Source: Psilocybe cubensis (lineage: Eukaryota). From it: a DNA stretch of 64,000 bases. Positions within the stretch are counted from its first letter, which is position 1; every line of letters starts with the position of its first letter. Of this stretch, positions 1 to 14,168 are shown one piece after another. The position numbers and the translations under genes are program-made. The notes beneath the pieces were generated by a model, which had not been told where the DNA came from, searched no databases, and saw only the letters and a program-made list of their open reading frames with translations. Location of the stretch: contig CM038998.1 in NCBI GenBank assembly GCA_017499595.2, forward strand, positions 4,526,001 through 4,590,000, given 5' to 3'.

Positions 1-163
1 GTAGCGGGTATATTAGACCCTCATTGCATCACTGAGTCATGAGCGACGACAGAATCTTTGTTTTATTGGTTATACACAATTTTGTAAATTTGTCACGACC
101 ACTACTACACAAGGATTAACTTTGATTTGTTTTTTCATTTCTTCCGTCTTAGATTTGAGGGCT

Positions 164-1512
164 TTATTGAGTTACGACGTCCGCAATTGCAATGTTTAAG
201 CTGACTTTATCGTTAACATTGAAGTTGCTGCGGAATTGAATGTTAGTCTCGGGTCGGAAAATGAGGCAATGAGTCGATCCTCCGAAATGGAACATCCCGA
301 GCTGGTCACCCTTCTTCACAGTGTCGCCAGGTTGTACAGTTACTTCACAAGTGGAGACTTCTGCCATACCAACTGCTACAAAGCACATCAGTCCTATATT
401 CGGGTTTGCGGCTTCGATAAAGATAAGAGCTCGAGCAGCGATGGCGGTGATGAAAGATTGGGAAAGGTTTGGACCGGCGGGGTCTGGGCCATCATCGCCG
501 TAAAATCCGGTGGCTGGTGACTCGGCGTAGTAAGTACCTTGTATGTTGACCGTCTTCACAATTTTGCCATTGACAGGGCTAGCCCATCGATGATAATTGG
601 TAGCGCTTAAGAAGGCCTGCCAAATCGACCCGCCGACAAACTGCTCTGCGTACTCGTCGTTGTTGAGCATGTGATAAAGCGAGTATGGTTCGTCTTTGAG
701 CCAGAATTGGTCGTACTGTTGGATATCCTTCGCGGTCTTGTATAACGTGGACTCGCATGCGCTGTTAACAATAGAATCATCGTCGGGAGCTTCGACGGGA
801 CGTATGCCAGGCCTGAACAAGCGGGTGAAGAAGTCGTCCCATGACTGGAATCCCCAGTGAGGTAAAGACGGATCGCAAATGTAAGTGTTCGCAAAGTCTG
901 GCATCTGTTGCAATGCATCCGTGCTGAACCACCCTCCTGTATCGCTATTCAACACCCCTGCTGAGTCGGTGGTACCGAGATATGTCGCCCATACGTCGAA
1001 CATTTTGTGAAACATTTCATTGACTTTGGGATTGGTGAATGCTCTGAAGCCGGCTGGGGTTCCCATAGGCCAATCCAGGATAGCGTTGATCGGGAATCCG
1101 ACCAGATCGTTGTCCTCATATTGAGGAGCTTCTCCAATAATCAAGTCGAAAAGATCCAGCATCGTTATGTAGTCCCGGATCTGTGATACGCGTTTATAAT
1201 ATGTTACTAATTGCGCGTAATTGTCACTGAACGACATACCTGAGGCTGGCCAGTTGGATCATTGTTGTATGGAGGTTTAGTAGGAACCTGGTCAAACATT
1301 TGGTGGAATGCCATGTATATATCTCCGTCGCTCTCTATGACTTGCTGAAAATCTTTAATGACTTGGGCCCATTCATTAGGCAGTCGATTACGTTGCTTAA
1401 CCGCCTGCAGTTTCTTGTCCAGCCATGCTTCGAGGACGCGCTGGTTAGTGGGGAGCCAACCACCAACGCGGTGGCGAACAGGTGTAGTACGATCGTAGCG
1501 TTGAGAGGGCAT
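164..1512 (-). CDS. Phosphatidylserine decarboxylase family protein (PsiD-like pyruvoyl decarboxylase), 429 aa; exons 1512-1240 and 1180-164
   Basis: Two ORFs join in frame across a 59-nt GTATGT...CAG intron (1239-1181). Motifs GGWL, GFPINAILDWPM, SWDDFFTR, YHRWASPVNG, GMAEVSTC and the self-cleavage motif FHFGGST. Confidence 0.9.
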
Positions 1513-2399
1513 TTTCTGTGGAACTGTGGATGCTGGATTATGGTTTTCTCTTGAACGCAAAGAGCTGCTATTTAAGCGCTAAATTTTATGTAGATTCTAT
1601 TTTTTCTCGGAGTGGGTTAAGCTTCTTTTGATCTCCTCTGTCAGGTCTCCAAACACGGGATTCCTCAATCGAGAAGGTTTTGTCATGGGTGACCTCAGTA
1701 TTCACTAAATATAAGATTATCTCAATTCTACGGTCATATGTCCTTTCAATCAATCATCCGCGCCGTATTAGAAAGCTGGATAGTTGCTAAAGAAAGGGCG
1801 AGTAACTTTATGATGGAAAACCTGTTGGTTCTTGACGCTCCTCGTCTCCCAGGTGGAAGTTCCACGATGATTTGTTTTGAACAAGATGGCCACAATGTCA
1901 TTTTGAGGATTACAGAAACAGAAACAAAGTGCATCTATGAATCGTTTGTTGATTTTTTTGTTAGACTGCGTCGGCCTCTTGCGCGTCGGAGCCTCCGTAA
2001 AAATCTCCGCTCCTGGACCCGAAATTGGCTCCGCGCTGACACTTTGAACTCAGTTATGCACTGCTTTTTCTCTGCTGTGCAATATTAGGCTATTAACACC
2101 CAATCACAGCATCTTCTCATATCATGTTTTGAGAAATGCAAAATTATGCTCTCGCTCAAAACCTGTCTGCAACTCACACTCGGAGCCTTGTAATACTGCC
2201 TTCATTCCCAGCTTATCTCGCCCTTTCAATCATGAAAACTTGGGTATTGTAGCCATTTGGTGTAGATTTTACTCCCATGTCTATGTTTACAGCATGTTAG
2301 TACCCTCTTATTGAAATAGCGCCTCATATGCAGCTGTAAGGAAGAGAACCTTAGATCGTGGATATCTTGTGGGTGGCATGGAACCCCTGTCTCTGGATT

Positions 2400-3090
2400 T
2401 TATTAGGGACGGAGGCGAAATTGTAACGACGTCAAGAACTGGTTTCTGGGGTAAAAACTTCAGAAATAAGTTCCAGGCCCTATACTCAGCCATTGAATCG
2501 TGTGTTATCTCTTGAAAGCTTCTGTAAGAATTTCTAGAATCCATGACAATTTTCTTATGTTCAGAATAGCTGTGATGTCTGGTGAAAGTCATTGTAAACC
2601 TTTTTGTGATGGATTACCTCGCCCAGCGAGCTCAAGCTTTGAGGTATAGTACTTATATAGCGGCGTGTTAGGATGCTCAGAGTCCATTTGCAACCGGTGC
2701 CATGTATTCTTCATGCCATGTCGTGGGCATGGATTGACCAATATCAATCGAAAAAAACAGACGTAGATTTACAGTGCGGATCTTCATCTGCTTCGGTGCG
2801 CATTCCGGTGACAGGGGATGCGATATGTCTAATTTTGCGTCAACACCATTGACTATCTCATCAAAGGCACCTTCCTAAAAAAAGTCAGCAGGTAAGGAGT
2901 TAACGGAAACTTTTGTCTATCATTCGGTTCTGAGGTCTACTTTTCTGAAATCACCCACGATAACAGACTAATCCGTAGAGGATTTCCATTTTCATGAGAT
3001 GTAACTTCTCGCAGGACTGTGTACCCTTGGTTGAGAAGTGACTGGGCAACCCAGGTCGCGACGTAGCTGTTGGAGTCTGTAGCAAGGTCT
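2400..3090 (-). pseudogene. Degenerate Gre2-like NAD-dependent epimerase/reductase relic
   Basis: Fragments DSNSYVATWVAQSLLNQGYTV (~2970-3085), GAFDEIVNGVDA (~2836-2872) and AEYRAWNLF..VLDVVTISPP (~2410-2495) are collinear with the intact paralogs in this window. The Rossmann glycines are lost and the frame is broken. Confidence 0.65.
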
Positions 3091-3574
3091 CCAGCATTTT
3101 CATTGAGCAGAGTGGTCAGTCGTATATTGCTTTAATTAGCACGTTAGGGGTAGCGAATATGTCTTGCTCAATATAACGTTCGATGCTCTTATGACAAGTT
3201 ATTTATTGCTCTTTGATATTGCGTGCGACTGTTCATAAGCTTCTAGTGTCCGCGAAGCTTGACATTCATAGAAGGAAGTGTTGGATGGGGACTACAGTAG
3301 ACCGCGTGATGAAGCAAATTCAGAAGGATCATCTCAAACTCAGCAGCGATAGTTGTAAAGGTATTATTGTAGACCGGACGCTGATCAACACCGACGATAT
3401 AAATTTAGACGAGAGTCAAACGGCAGAGTTCTGCATTTTATCAGCTACGACCAAGAATCGAAACTCTGGGTAAGTTGTGCGCATATTTGGAGCGACGATA
3501 AATAGCCAAAAAATCATCTGGTGTTATATCTCATCCGTCTTCAATCGAATGACGATGACGAATCCGAATAGTAC

Positions 3575-3735
3575 AACCTGGGATACTTAGGAAAGGCTAA
3601 ACGGTATTCATACCGCCAAAGAAAGTGAAACTGTTGGATTTCGCATTTGAAAGACAGATGAAATACAGGAAATGAAAAAAATTCCATATACCAGGATTAT
3701 AAAGTACAGAACGTGGGACACACTTGCGACGCGTC
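3575..3735 (+). pseudogene. Possible C-terminal relic of a Gre2-like reductase
   Basis: GILRKG* and IIKYRTWDTLAT resemble GILKQGNPE...IKYRAWDET at 39877-40086; very short match. Confidence 0.3.
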
Positions 3736-4359
3736 TGGACGCGTTATTTGGTTCCGCTTTCGTTTAATGAAGGTTACCTAATCTTCATCCGCCTCGAGGC
3801 CGAGCAAGCGCGGTCACGTGGTGTTGGTTTGAAGTTGGAGTCGGAAAGCTGTGCGGAGGGATCCTTGTTCTCTTCCCTCTGTGCACTCCCTCGCAAAGAA
3901 AGTCTTCGGTGACTTGAAGAAAGGATACAGTCATAGATTCGTCTTGGTACGGCGGGCACTTGGTGGCTGTCGTGTCGAGGTCAGAGTCTGTGGGACGGTA
4001 AGTATTCGGGACCCAGTTAGAGGAGTGCATCGTCAAGGTAAGTTTCTGGGGCTCTGGCATTGCAGGAATCGATGCTGATGAACCATGGATAGAGTTCCTA
4101 TAAGAATAAATCAAGAACAACAAGCAATTAACGCGCTGAACGAGTCTATACGGCCTATTAACACGGTTCCGAATTGACGACACTACAACAAGCTCAAGAA
4201 CATCGCCATCAAGTTTTCACTTTCACGACTACAAACTTCGTTCTATTCAACAAACAAACATACTTTTTTACTTACGCGACTTACGATTTACGATTTTTAC
4301 ATTCAACGACGAACCTTTTCTGACAATTTACACGACAACGTACGATCACGATCACGAAG

Positions 4360-7300
4360 ATGCTCAGTTCAATTCCAAGGCTTTCAAAGGGCCCAGCGCC
4401 TTTATCTTCCTCCTCGTCGACCAACAATCAACAACCAGTAAGGCCGCCACGTAACTCATCTTTGCAGGCTCAAACAACGACGACGTCAACGCCCCATGCC
4501 AACACCGCTCGTATCCCCTCCATCCGGCTTATCACCGCCACCCCATCAGCGTCGGGCCTCTCATCCTCCGAGGCATCTACGTCCTTTGCCAGGGCGCTCG
4601 AGGAATCATGGGACGCAATGGCGCCCACCTCAGCCTCCATCCCCGTGCTGCCCTCGCCGCTCGCACCAAAGTCCGCGGTGGGCGGCGCGGGAGCCGACGC
4701 CGGCGTCAAAAGGAAGCTCGTGCCCAAGAAATCGAAGCTGAGCATCCTGGGGATGGGTCTCGGATCGAACCGAGATCGAAAGTCCGAAGAGCGCGCTAAA
4801 GACTTGTCGGATGTTGTGCGCCGCGTTGGCCTGTCCGATTCAGGGGTTTTGAACGACGCGTCGTTCTCGTACTCTACCGGCGGAAAGGGCGGCTTTGAAA
4901 TTTACGTGGACCCAAGCCATGTGGACCCTGATATTGGTGAGATTGTACTGGTGAAGAAGAAGAAATCAAGGGTGGCTCTAGACGGGGTGAGATGGGGTGC
5001 GAGTTCGAGTGGAGGGGTGGGAGGAGCGATGGGAGAAGTTACCAATGTACCCAAGGTATCCAAAGAGGCAGCGAAAGAGGCGGGTAGAGATGCAAAGGAG
5101 AAAGCTAAAGCGGAGGAAAAGGAAAAAGAAAAGTGGTGGACAACAATTGGAAGAGGCAGAAAGGACTCCAAGGACAAGAAGGAGAAAGAGAACAAGATAA
5201 GTCACAAACGTAAGTTGTCCCTTCTGAAGCAGCGAACAAGAGACTGATTTGGATTGGGCGTTCGATAGCTATCGAATATATTCACAACCCTCAACCACGT
5301 TCGAAAAGTATGTTTCGCTTCACTCTTTCAATTTTGCCTGCGTATTTTATGATGGTATTCGGCTTTACCATGTGTTCCCCAACCGACGTTTTAGTTCGTC
5401 CACAGTGTGATAGTTGCTGATTTTTTTGCCCCTCACTTAGCTCCAGAACCATTCTCTAAAGCCCAAGCTCAAGGCTCTCAATCACGCATGCGGTTCAACT
5501 CTTTGGACTCGGGGATGCTTCTCAACCCCAAGCCCAGTTCTCCTACACCGCAATTCCCTACCATGTCCAATAACTCCAATATGAGCAACGTACCTCCGTT
5601 TTCTGGGTATCCTATTTCTTCACGCCCTCCTGCGCCCTCCAAGATCGTGCCCATGCCTACTGAAGAGGATGAGGAAAACCAGGAAGCCGAAAGGCGTTCG
5701 TTGGCCTCTCAGCGCGAGCGTGAACGCGAACGTGCAGGATCTGTGGCGACTATGAACTCAACTTACTCCTACAATGGCAACGGCACGCGTTCTCGCTCGG
5801 GTACTCTGAGCTCCACCGTCGGTGGTATGCTCGCGCCTCCTGGCGCTCAGGCCAGCGGCGATAGTCTCAATGCCCAAAACCAGGGCTCGATCGCGCTGCG
5901 CGCGATTCGCAGCGTGCGGTCGTTGGCTAGGATTGGTAGCTGGGCGCAGTTGAAGAACATGCCTGCACCTGGTCCCGAGGATACTGAGGAGCTTGGGATG
6001 CAGCCCAAGGATGAGAAGAAGATGAAGAAGAAAGGCAAGAAGGCTAAGACTGCCGAAGGTGAGAAAAATGAGCAGGAGAAGGAGGGGAAGAAGAAAAAGA
6101 AGGGCACAAAGAAGGGGAAAGCTAATAAGGAGAACGTGGAGACCGCAACGAAGGCACAGCCTATCAGGCAATCAACGAGCAGTTTCGAGGTCGGAGCGTT
6201 GACCTCGAGCCCTGGAGGTCCCTCTACCGCTGTTTCGCCAGTCTCGATGGAGTTCACGAACAATCAGCTCAATGTCGGCAACGCAAAGACTCTCGGTGCT
6301 AAGAAGAGCAGCGGCATGCTCCTTGGTCTCGGGTACCCATCCACCATGCGGCTCCCGAACTCATCCTCGATGCGCGTCGGTTCGAGTGCGTCGTCAATTG
6401 GTGCTCCTGGTTCGTCAGATGCCCCTGGGCTAGCTCCTTCGCCCATCATCACTTCCAACGCCAACGCCCAAGCTAACGCGAACGACAACCGGCTCTCTGT
6501 TGAGTCTGCCTATGCCTACGCGACATGCAGACCGAGCTCAATGCTTTCTTCGGGGTCGAGTTTACGACCCTTGTCGACGACGTCCACGAACTCTAGGATG
6601 TCCTCGTCTTCAGGCCATTCCGGCTCTGGTGCTAGCGTGAGGTGGGACGAGCAGGGACTGCAGACGGTGCGTGAGATGAGGAGGAAGGAGAGGGAGAGCA
6701 GGGAGATGGAGGGAGATGCGGAGAAAGATGAGAAGAAGGAGAGAAGATCGTCGAAGGAGAGCAGGCGCTCGAGTGAAGGGAGAAAGAGGACCGCGTTGAT
6801 GGACGTGTTCCCTGAGGTTCGGAGGTCGCTTGACGGTGCTGCCGCCGTCAGCGGGACCCAAGCTGAGGAGAACGTTCAGGAGGATGAGAGAGCGGATGAG
6901 ATGGAGGAGGATCCCGAGGAGGAGGCGCGCTACAGGAAACGCCAGAAGGAACGGGACAGCGCGAGCATCAAGCGCTTCTCGTACCCTATCCTCACCATTG
7001 AGGAGGCGACTGCAGATGGACATGGAAAGCCCGACGATTGGGACGATGTCATTTCTGGATATGAGAGTGGCAGCGCGGATGGATGTTCGGAGGAGTTGGG
7101 CTTCAAGGAGGAGAAGCCTGTCGTTGACGCGACGCCGGTTAAGAAGGCTCGCGCCCGCCCATTATCCGAGCAGATGTTGGGCAGGAGCAGACCCAAGCCC
7201 ATGTACGAAGACGAGGAAGGTTTGTACTTTTTTTGCACTTTTTTGTGTTCGTTATTTAACATATTGTTTCACCAGGTGTTCTTTCAATCCTTGATGCGGC

Positions 7301-10300
7301 GACTAACGATCTTGCCTTGCTCATCAATAATTTGGATCTTCAAGCCACGCCGAGCACGCCTGACATGACGCCCTTGCGTCCTTCAGCATCTATGTCACCA
7401 TCGCCAACACCTGTGTCGACGCTCGAGAAAGCCAAGGCAATTGACAACGGAAGTCCGACCACGGCAGCATCCAAGAAGCGCAGATTGGTAGCCGACAGCC
7501 CGCTCGGCGCGAAGAGTGTAGTCAAGAATTCTTCTGCCTCGAACGCGCAAACGATGAGACCTGAGCTCTTGAGGCAGATGAGCACCTCGTCCATTAGTTC
7601 TCTGAGGCCGTATGCACAGTCTCGCGGTTACCCTCCCAAGCCCTCAGGTCAAGCTCAAGGCTCCACAATGGCAGCACCTGCGTCCGTCGCACCGTTGAAC
7701 ATTTCATCCAAGGCAAATGCCACTGGCAATCAGACCAACGCATCCCTCATCGCTAAACAGATTACACCATGGGCGACTCTCATTAAAGGTCTCTCACCAG
7801 TGAAGGAGAAGAACACTCCATCTCCTTCATCCTCCTTGCGCATGAAGAAAACCTCTGCTGTCCCGACACCACCCTCAGCTGGCATGGGCACATTCAGACC
7901 TGGTCACAAGCGAACAATGACTCCTGGACCAGAGCCTGAACCTGAACCAGTCCTACAGCCCTTGCGCCCTGCTAGGTCAAGGCTGGTTGTCAAGGCCAAG
8001 ATGCACACCTCCCCCGAGACGAAGATGGCCGTCGACGAGAACGGGAACATCAAGAACGATATGCTACACCCTCGCGCTCCCTCTTCGCTCACTTTCGGAT
8101 CGCGTTCGTCGTCAAGGGCCGCTGGAAGCGTTCGCAGCTCGGAGGAATTCGCAGGCTCATTGACGCCTGTCTTCCAGCGCATTCAAGAATTCGAGTCCAT
8201 TCAAAAGGGCGATGACGCGAATTTAGGAGTGAGCAAATCGAGTCGTGGTAGCCGGTCCAGCAAGGGCAGTCGTAGCAGCTATGGTAGTCAGATAACCAGC
8301 AACCTCTCCTACGCCAACAACGTGGAGGAGGAGGAGCTTAGAATTCCAATTAGCCGCGAGATGCGTCGGGCCCTGGGCATGTCGGGTACGATGGGAGGTT
8401 CGGATGTGTCGATGTATCGCGATGAGGCGGAGGCCGAGCTCGACGCCTCTGACCCGGACTCTGATGTGCCCAACGAACTCAGGTGCATCCTGGCCGCTGG
8501 GTCTGGTGCTGAAGACGAGGACAGTGACATGGACAACGGCGTTGATGAGAGCTATATGGACCCAGATATGGACATGGAGATCGGCACTGTCATGGAAGCT
8601 GCCCGTTCTCGCCCCCATGAAGCTCTCCCTGCCCTTCCACTCGACCTCAACTTTGACACGGGATTGTCACTTCCCGTGTTCCGTGCTGAGCTCGTCGACG
8701 CTCATGATAACCACTTTGATGTTGATGTTGACCCCTCTGAGGATGACGACACCAAGAAGTCATTTGATTTCACTGGGGAGCTTCAGAAGCTCAATGAATC
8801 TGGTGGATCGGATCGCAGGAGTTTCGTCGAACAACTCGAGAACGCTTTCAGGACGCCGGCCAAGGTCGACTTGAGGTATGATTTCGGTGTTGATTTGGCT
8901 GTGCCGCCGCCGGTACCTGCATTGCCATTGCACCTCGCGTCGGCGGCTGAACAGAGGGACGAAAGCTCGGATGTGCACGAGGAGGACTCAGCGGGTGTGA
9001 GTGCAGGGATGAGTAGTGGAGGAGATGGCGATGTTGAGAGCAGCTCAGGCTTCGATGGGTTCACTGAGTCTGGGTCCCATCTCGTTGATATGCAATTCCC
9101 GTCCCTCAACACGAATATGAACACCAAGAGCCGCGTCGAGGACGTCCCACAAGACACCAAATCTCAGTTCGATATGTTCTCTGCATCGGAATCCCGGATT
9201 GTCGACGTCAAGGCCCCCTCGTTGCTTCAAGCTGCTGAAACGACCTCCAGCGATAAGACTGATAATCTGTCCCCGATTATTAAACGGAAGCTCGCGTCGT
9301 CGACCTCGTCTCGTACATCGGAGACGTCGGAGGGTGAGCTCAACACTTCGTTCAAGTTCGGCGGTCTTCCACGTTCAGAGTCGTCTACGTCGTTGCCCAA
9401 GGACGCCAAACCGCTCACGCTTTCGGACATCATCCCGCCTCCTTCTCATGCTCGTTCTCTTTCTGGAATTGATATGGATTCTTTCATGCTTGATGGTCTT
9501 GAGGATGACTCCGTCTTACGGTCCATTTACAACAAGATCGTCTCGGAGCAACCTCCTGCAAGGCCGCGCGTATCGTCTGACCCTGGCGACGTTGTGCAAC
9601 ACCAGGCTTCTGCTCTTGAGATGAAGAGAAGGAGCATATACAAGGCCGACTCCCGCCCTGTCTCTGGCATCAGCTTCGAAGGTTTCAGCTCGTTCGATGA
9701 GGTTAGGCGAGGCTTTGAGTTCCACAACGAAAGGCCGGCCTTTTATCCTCCTGCTGGAAACACGTCTTCGTCGTACTCGCGTTCCACGTCTGCTGCTGCT
9801 TCTGCTGCGGTCGCTGCTGCCAGCCGTCGTGCTCCTCATGCTCGACATGAATCTGTCTTCAGTATCGCGTCGGTATCATCTTTCGGACACGTCATCAACC
9901 CTGGTTCAGCCGACCCCTTCGAATTCGGTCTTCCTAGTCTGCAAGAGCGCCCTTCGTCTGAAGATATGACCAACAGCTTCAGCATTGCGATGTCGGATAA
10001 CGTTGACGATACTTTCGCTTATCTCGCCCACAAGCCCAGGAGAAGAGTCGAATCTGATGCATCGAGCTTTTATTTCAATGCTCCTCAGTCTAGGCATATC
10101 CGTGGACACCGCCGTCGCGAATCCAACATGTCGGTGTCGTCCCAGGCGCCTCCGATTAGCTTGTACAACAGGAGTTTCGCTCATCACCGTCGCAACGATT
10201 CGTCAAATGGGTCCTTCAGCTTCAGTTATTACCACCACCGCAGGAACGATTCGACTGCGAGCTCCAGCTCAGTGGCCATGTCTTATGTGAAGCACGGGGC

Positions 10301-12473
10301 GAATGGCGGGTTGAGCGCTTGGGCGAGACATCGTCGGGACCAGTCCGTCGATTCCGTTATGAGCGACTTTTCAGCTATGCACCTCGGAAGACCCGGGATT
10401 GGCGACAAAATGTTCGATAACGCTGCCCTCGATCACGGTCCTTTGCCCTCTATCTCGGCATCCCCTCCTGAAAGCGCCACCGCGTCGCAGCACCACTTCA
10501 GCCTGTCCAGGCGCAGGTCCTTCGATTCCATTCTTGACGAGGAACAGCGTTCGTCGATGGGAGAGGACTCGCTGTTTGAAAAGACGGGTTATCGGTCGTC
10601 GATTTCCGAATCTGTTTTCGGCGATGACTTGGCGCATCAACTTCAGGGCGGGCTTTTGCCGCCTAACCACTTCAGGCCCCTGTCTATGCTGAGTGCACAC
10701 AGCGTACACAGTCCTATCAGGGAAGATGACACCATGATCAGTGTATGTGCTTTAAATGCATCTTTTGTCTTTTTATTGATTGGTTTTTTTGTAGATGTTG
10801 GGCGGCGGACATGTACGTCGTCGTTCGGTTGGCTCGATTGTCGAGGCGTCTCCATGTGTTCGCGTTGAGAAACGCAAACACTCCGCCGTTCAAGATCTCG
10901 GCTCGCACTTCTACAAAGGCAAAGAACATTATGAGTCTCCTAATAAAGCCAGGATTGTGGAGAAGCCTTCCATTGCCTCCACTTCATCGTTCCAGTTCGG
11001 AGGCGAGCGCATGATCAAGGCTCAGCGCGGACTTTTGGAGAGGCAGAGTCTAGAGGAACATTGCCTTGTAGGTGATGGGGAGGATCTATCTGCCTCTTGT
11101 AAGTTATTGTCAAACTTTTATATACTCGGTGACTCATATATTATATTACAGACCACGCTGTACCTGTATTCACCAGACCTGCCCCTGCCACCCGCTCGCG
11201 CTCGAGCACCTGTACATCATCGAGCTCTGGAGGCGATACCCCACCACTTTCCGCCTCCGACGGGTCTTCAATCTCTGGTGGTTCACAATCCAGCATCGAC
11301 CTTGCTCAAATCAACATTGCTCTGTCAAATGCCACTCACCCCATGTCCACGGTTGCCAGGAACCACGCTCGCACTCGCGCTCGCGCGCGTGGTGCTGGGC
11401 ATCGTCGCCGTTACTCTAAGTCCCACGTTTCGCGCTCCTCGGTGTACGAAACGATTGAGGAGGAGCTGCAGTCCAGTCACTCGAGTCCAGCGCATTCGCT
11501 TCCGTCCAAGAAGAGCAGCGATGACCCTACGACAACTCAGGGTGTTTTCATCGTCGACTCTGATACTGCTTCGCTTAACTCTAGGCCTGAAGAATCTACA
11601 TGGGATGACGAGCGAGGCATTGTCGCTCTCAGGAAGTATTACGCCCTTCGCGACGAGGCTCAAACTACCGTGACTGAAAGTCGCAGACTGTGGTCTGATA
11701 CGCCGTTTTCTATCTTTGCCATACAATGTAAGTTTTCAAATATTGAACTAGTCAGCTTGCTCATGCTTTTATGTCATAGCCTTCCAAGCTCCTGGAAGTC
11801 CTGCCGGCATGCAAGCGCTCCTTCAACACTCAGTGCAAAATTACGGCCCGCTTCCATCTGAACTTCGCCCGCACCGTCGCACCCGTACCTCATCTCGTCC
11901 ATCGCCTTACCCTCAAGGCCGCAGCTCCAAGGCTACCTTGTCACCTGAGAAGAAACGGTCGACTGCTTTCGAGAAGGATGATCAATGCACCCCTGTCCTC
12001 CAACAGGTCTCTCTCAACCAGAACCGTGACACCAAGACGGCTAAAGCATCGACCAAAAATGCGCCATTCTTGAGCGAGCTCAAACCCTTCTCGCCTCTGG
12101 TCATTGATGATACCGAGCCAAAGCGGGAGAACGCCTTTGGACTAGCACCCAATGCGCGCCCGCGTGTGGGTTCCAACGCCCGTCGTACCGCGCTTGGGTG
12201 GACGAAGAGGAGCACAGGCACTAGCAAGTCGTCGACTGACCAGAAGGAGAATGTGTCCATGGGTACAATTGCAACGTACGTTGATCTTTCGATTGTCGGA
12301 TTTCAATGAGCTAATTAGATTTTTCATTCTGTAGCCCTGGAGAGAATTTAAGGCTCAACCGTCCCAGACCTCGAGGCAGGCCAACACCTGGAGGACGTAC
12401 TCCCGCCTCCGCTGCTGCCGCTAACAGGCCTCCGGTCACTGCTGTCCCAACAAGCCGAACCATCCGAATCTAA
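4360..12473 (+). CDS. Very large Ser/Pro/charged low-complexity hypothetical protein; exons 4360-5209, 5269-5307, 5441-7219, 7276-10742, 10795-11098, 11152-11727, 11780-12275, 12335-12473
   Basis: Long ORFs are linked in phase by seven GT-AG introns checked by hand; ends ...RTIRI* at TAA 12471-12473. No catalytic motif recognised. Confidence 0.8.
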
Positions 12474-14168
12474 ACTGTGCATGAACTTCACGATTTATGA
12501 TCTGTTTCGTTACGAATGCCCATTTCTTGAAATTTCTTTTTTTTGCCCTGTTTATCCTCTCCAATTTTCTTCCATCCTCGCTATGAAACATAAATTTGCT
12601 ATCCTGAAGTTATTGCTATCCACAGTGCTCTCGATTTATCTGTACCATTCTAGTTGACATCTACATATAATGTGCCAATTATCGTCGACTCGACTTTTTT
12701 TCGTTGCCCTGTTTTTTCTCTTTTTTTTGCTCAATTATATCCTCCACTCCGCTGTTCGTTTCCCATGTGTAGAATACTTTGAGCTTCCCCCACCCTTTTT
12801 TTAGCTGATGACAAGTGTGTTATTCAAATCGAATGTACGAAGAAATATCTTCCAGAATCTTTTCTTTGCTCGTTATTTATGTACAATCTCTACTTTGTAT
12901 TCGTTGATCGAATGACATTGGTGTTGATTGTCAACGTTGGAAGGCCAAGCGAACTTGAGTTAATTGGATGAGTAAAACCATTAACTATCCATTACCATCC
13001 CCGCTTCGCGAAGTATTCCAAACTATCCTTGGTCGTCTCCCGCAACGTGCGGTACTCAATACCCAAGATCTATGGCTGTCCGTTTGCACATTTAATACCA
13101 ATATATAAACTTCTTGTCCCATACATATAAGTCATAATTGAATATAATTCCAAATGTATACTTTGGTGTCCCGGGTATAGACAGATGGTTTCCGAACATA
13201 TCAATCCAGTACCCATATATTCATAGGTTGCACCCTCAGATACAATTTTGAGTACCATACATAAAGTTTTGATGCCCACGTATACAAATTACAATCCCTT
13301 ACATAGAAAAAAACACTCATTTTTGTACATATTTTGTTCCCTTACTTGTATCTGAAGGTTCCCATATGATTGTTCTTACCTTTCTTCATCCCGAAGATAT
13401 ATAGTCATTTTTCGGCATTCTGTCTATGCCGTGAATGCCTAGACATCGTGAGAATCGGCAAATCTCGGCAAATGAGGACACAAATTACACTTCATTGCCT
13501 GTATGCCTGTCGACACACGCTGATTGAACATTGAAATCATTCACATTTATCCAAGCAATCAATATCTTTCTGTGTAGGCTGATTGCATAAATAGCTTGTC
13601 TTCATAGTCTAATACAAGTGCTTTGACCACTCCCAGTCGCCGTTCTAAGGCTTAAAAAGGCCTAAAGTTGAGGTTGAAGACAGAAAATTGCATTGGAATA
13701 GCCTATATGTAGTCTTATGTTATTTTAATGTATGAATTTATCCTCCTAATGAATTGTATAATCTTGTAACGACCGTCCTACTGTCTTCACAAGTAGCAAT
13801 CCACTGCAAGCGGGACGAAAATCGAGTTCCCACGCCTCTACGGCAAGGACGGCACGCGTAATTTTCATCTGGACAACTCTATATCTTCGGACAAAAATTG
13901 AGGTAGATGCGGAGAGGGTCACAGAATATGGTACTAAATTTTTTATGTACGGGTAACATACCCTAATGTGTGCAGCTCCCATTCAAACTGAAGAGCATGC
14001 AAAGTCAATGACTGGGATAATTTCTTCTATGCTCGGAAATTATTTCTCTATAACCGGGACACCAAGGTACTTGTTTTAGTGGGCCACCGCGGAGCGTGGC
14101 ATGACGAGTCTTTACGATTCAGTGTCACGCTTTGTAATAATATAATATATATATAATATAATATAAAT

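Noticed and set aside
164-4300. Psilocybin biosynthetic cluster
   Set aside because: No kinase, methyltransferase, P450 or MFS transporter gene in the window, and the protein does not match PsiD as I recall it.
4470-12327. Many antisense and alternate-frame ORFs over the large gene (also over 44884-46857 and 62887-63492)
   Set aside because: Shadows of GC-rich, low-complexity coding sequence with no recognisable motifs.
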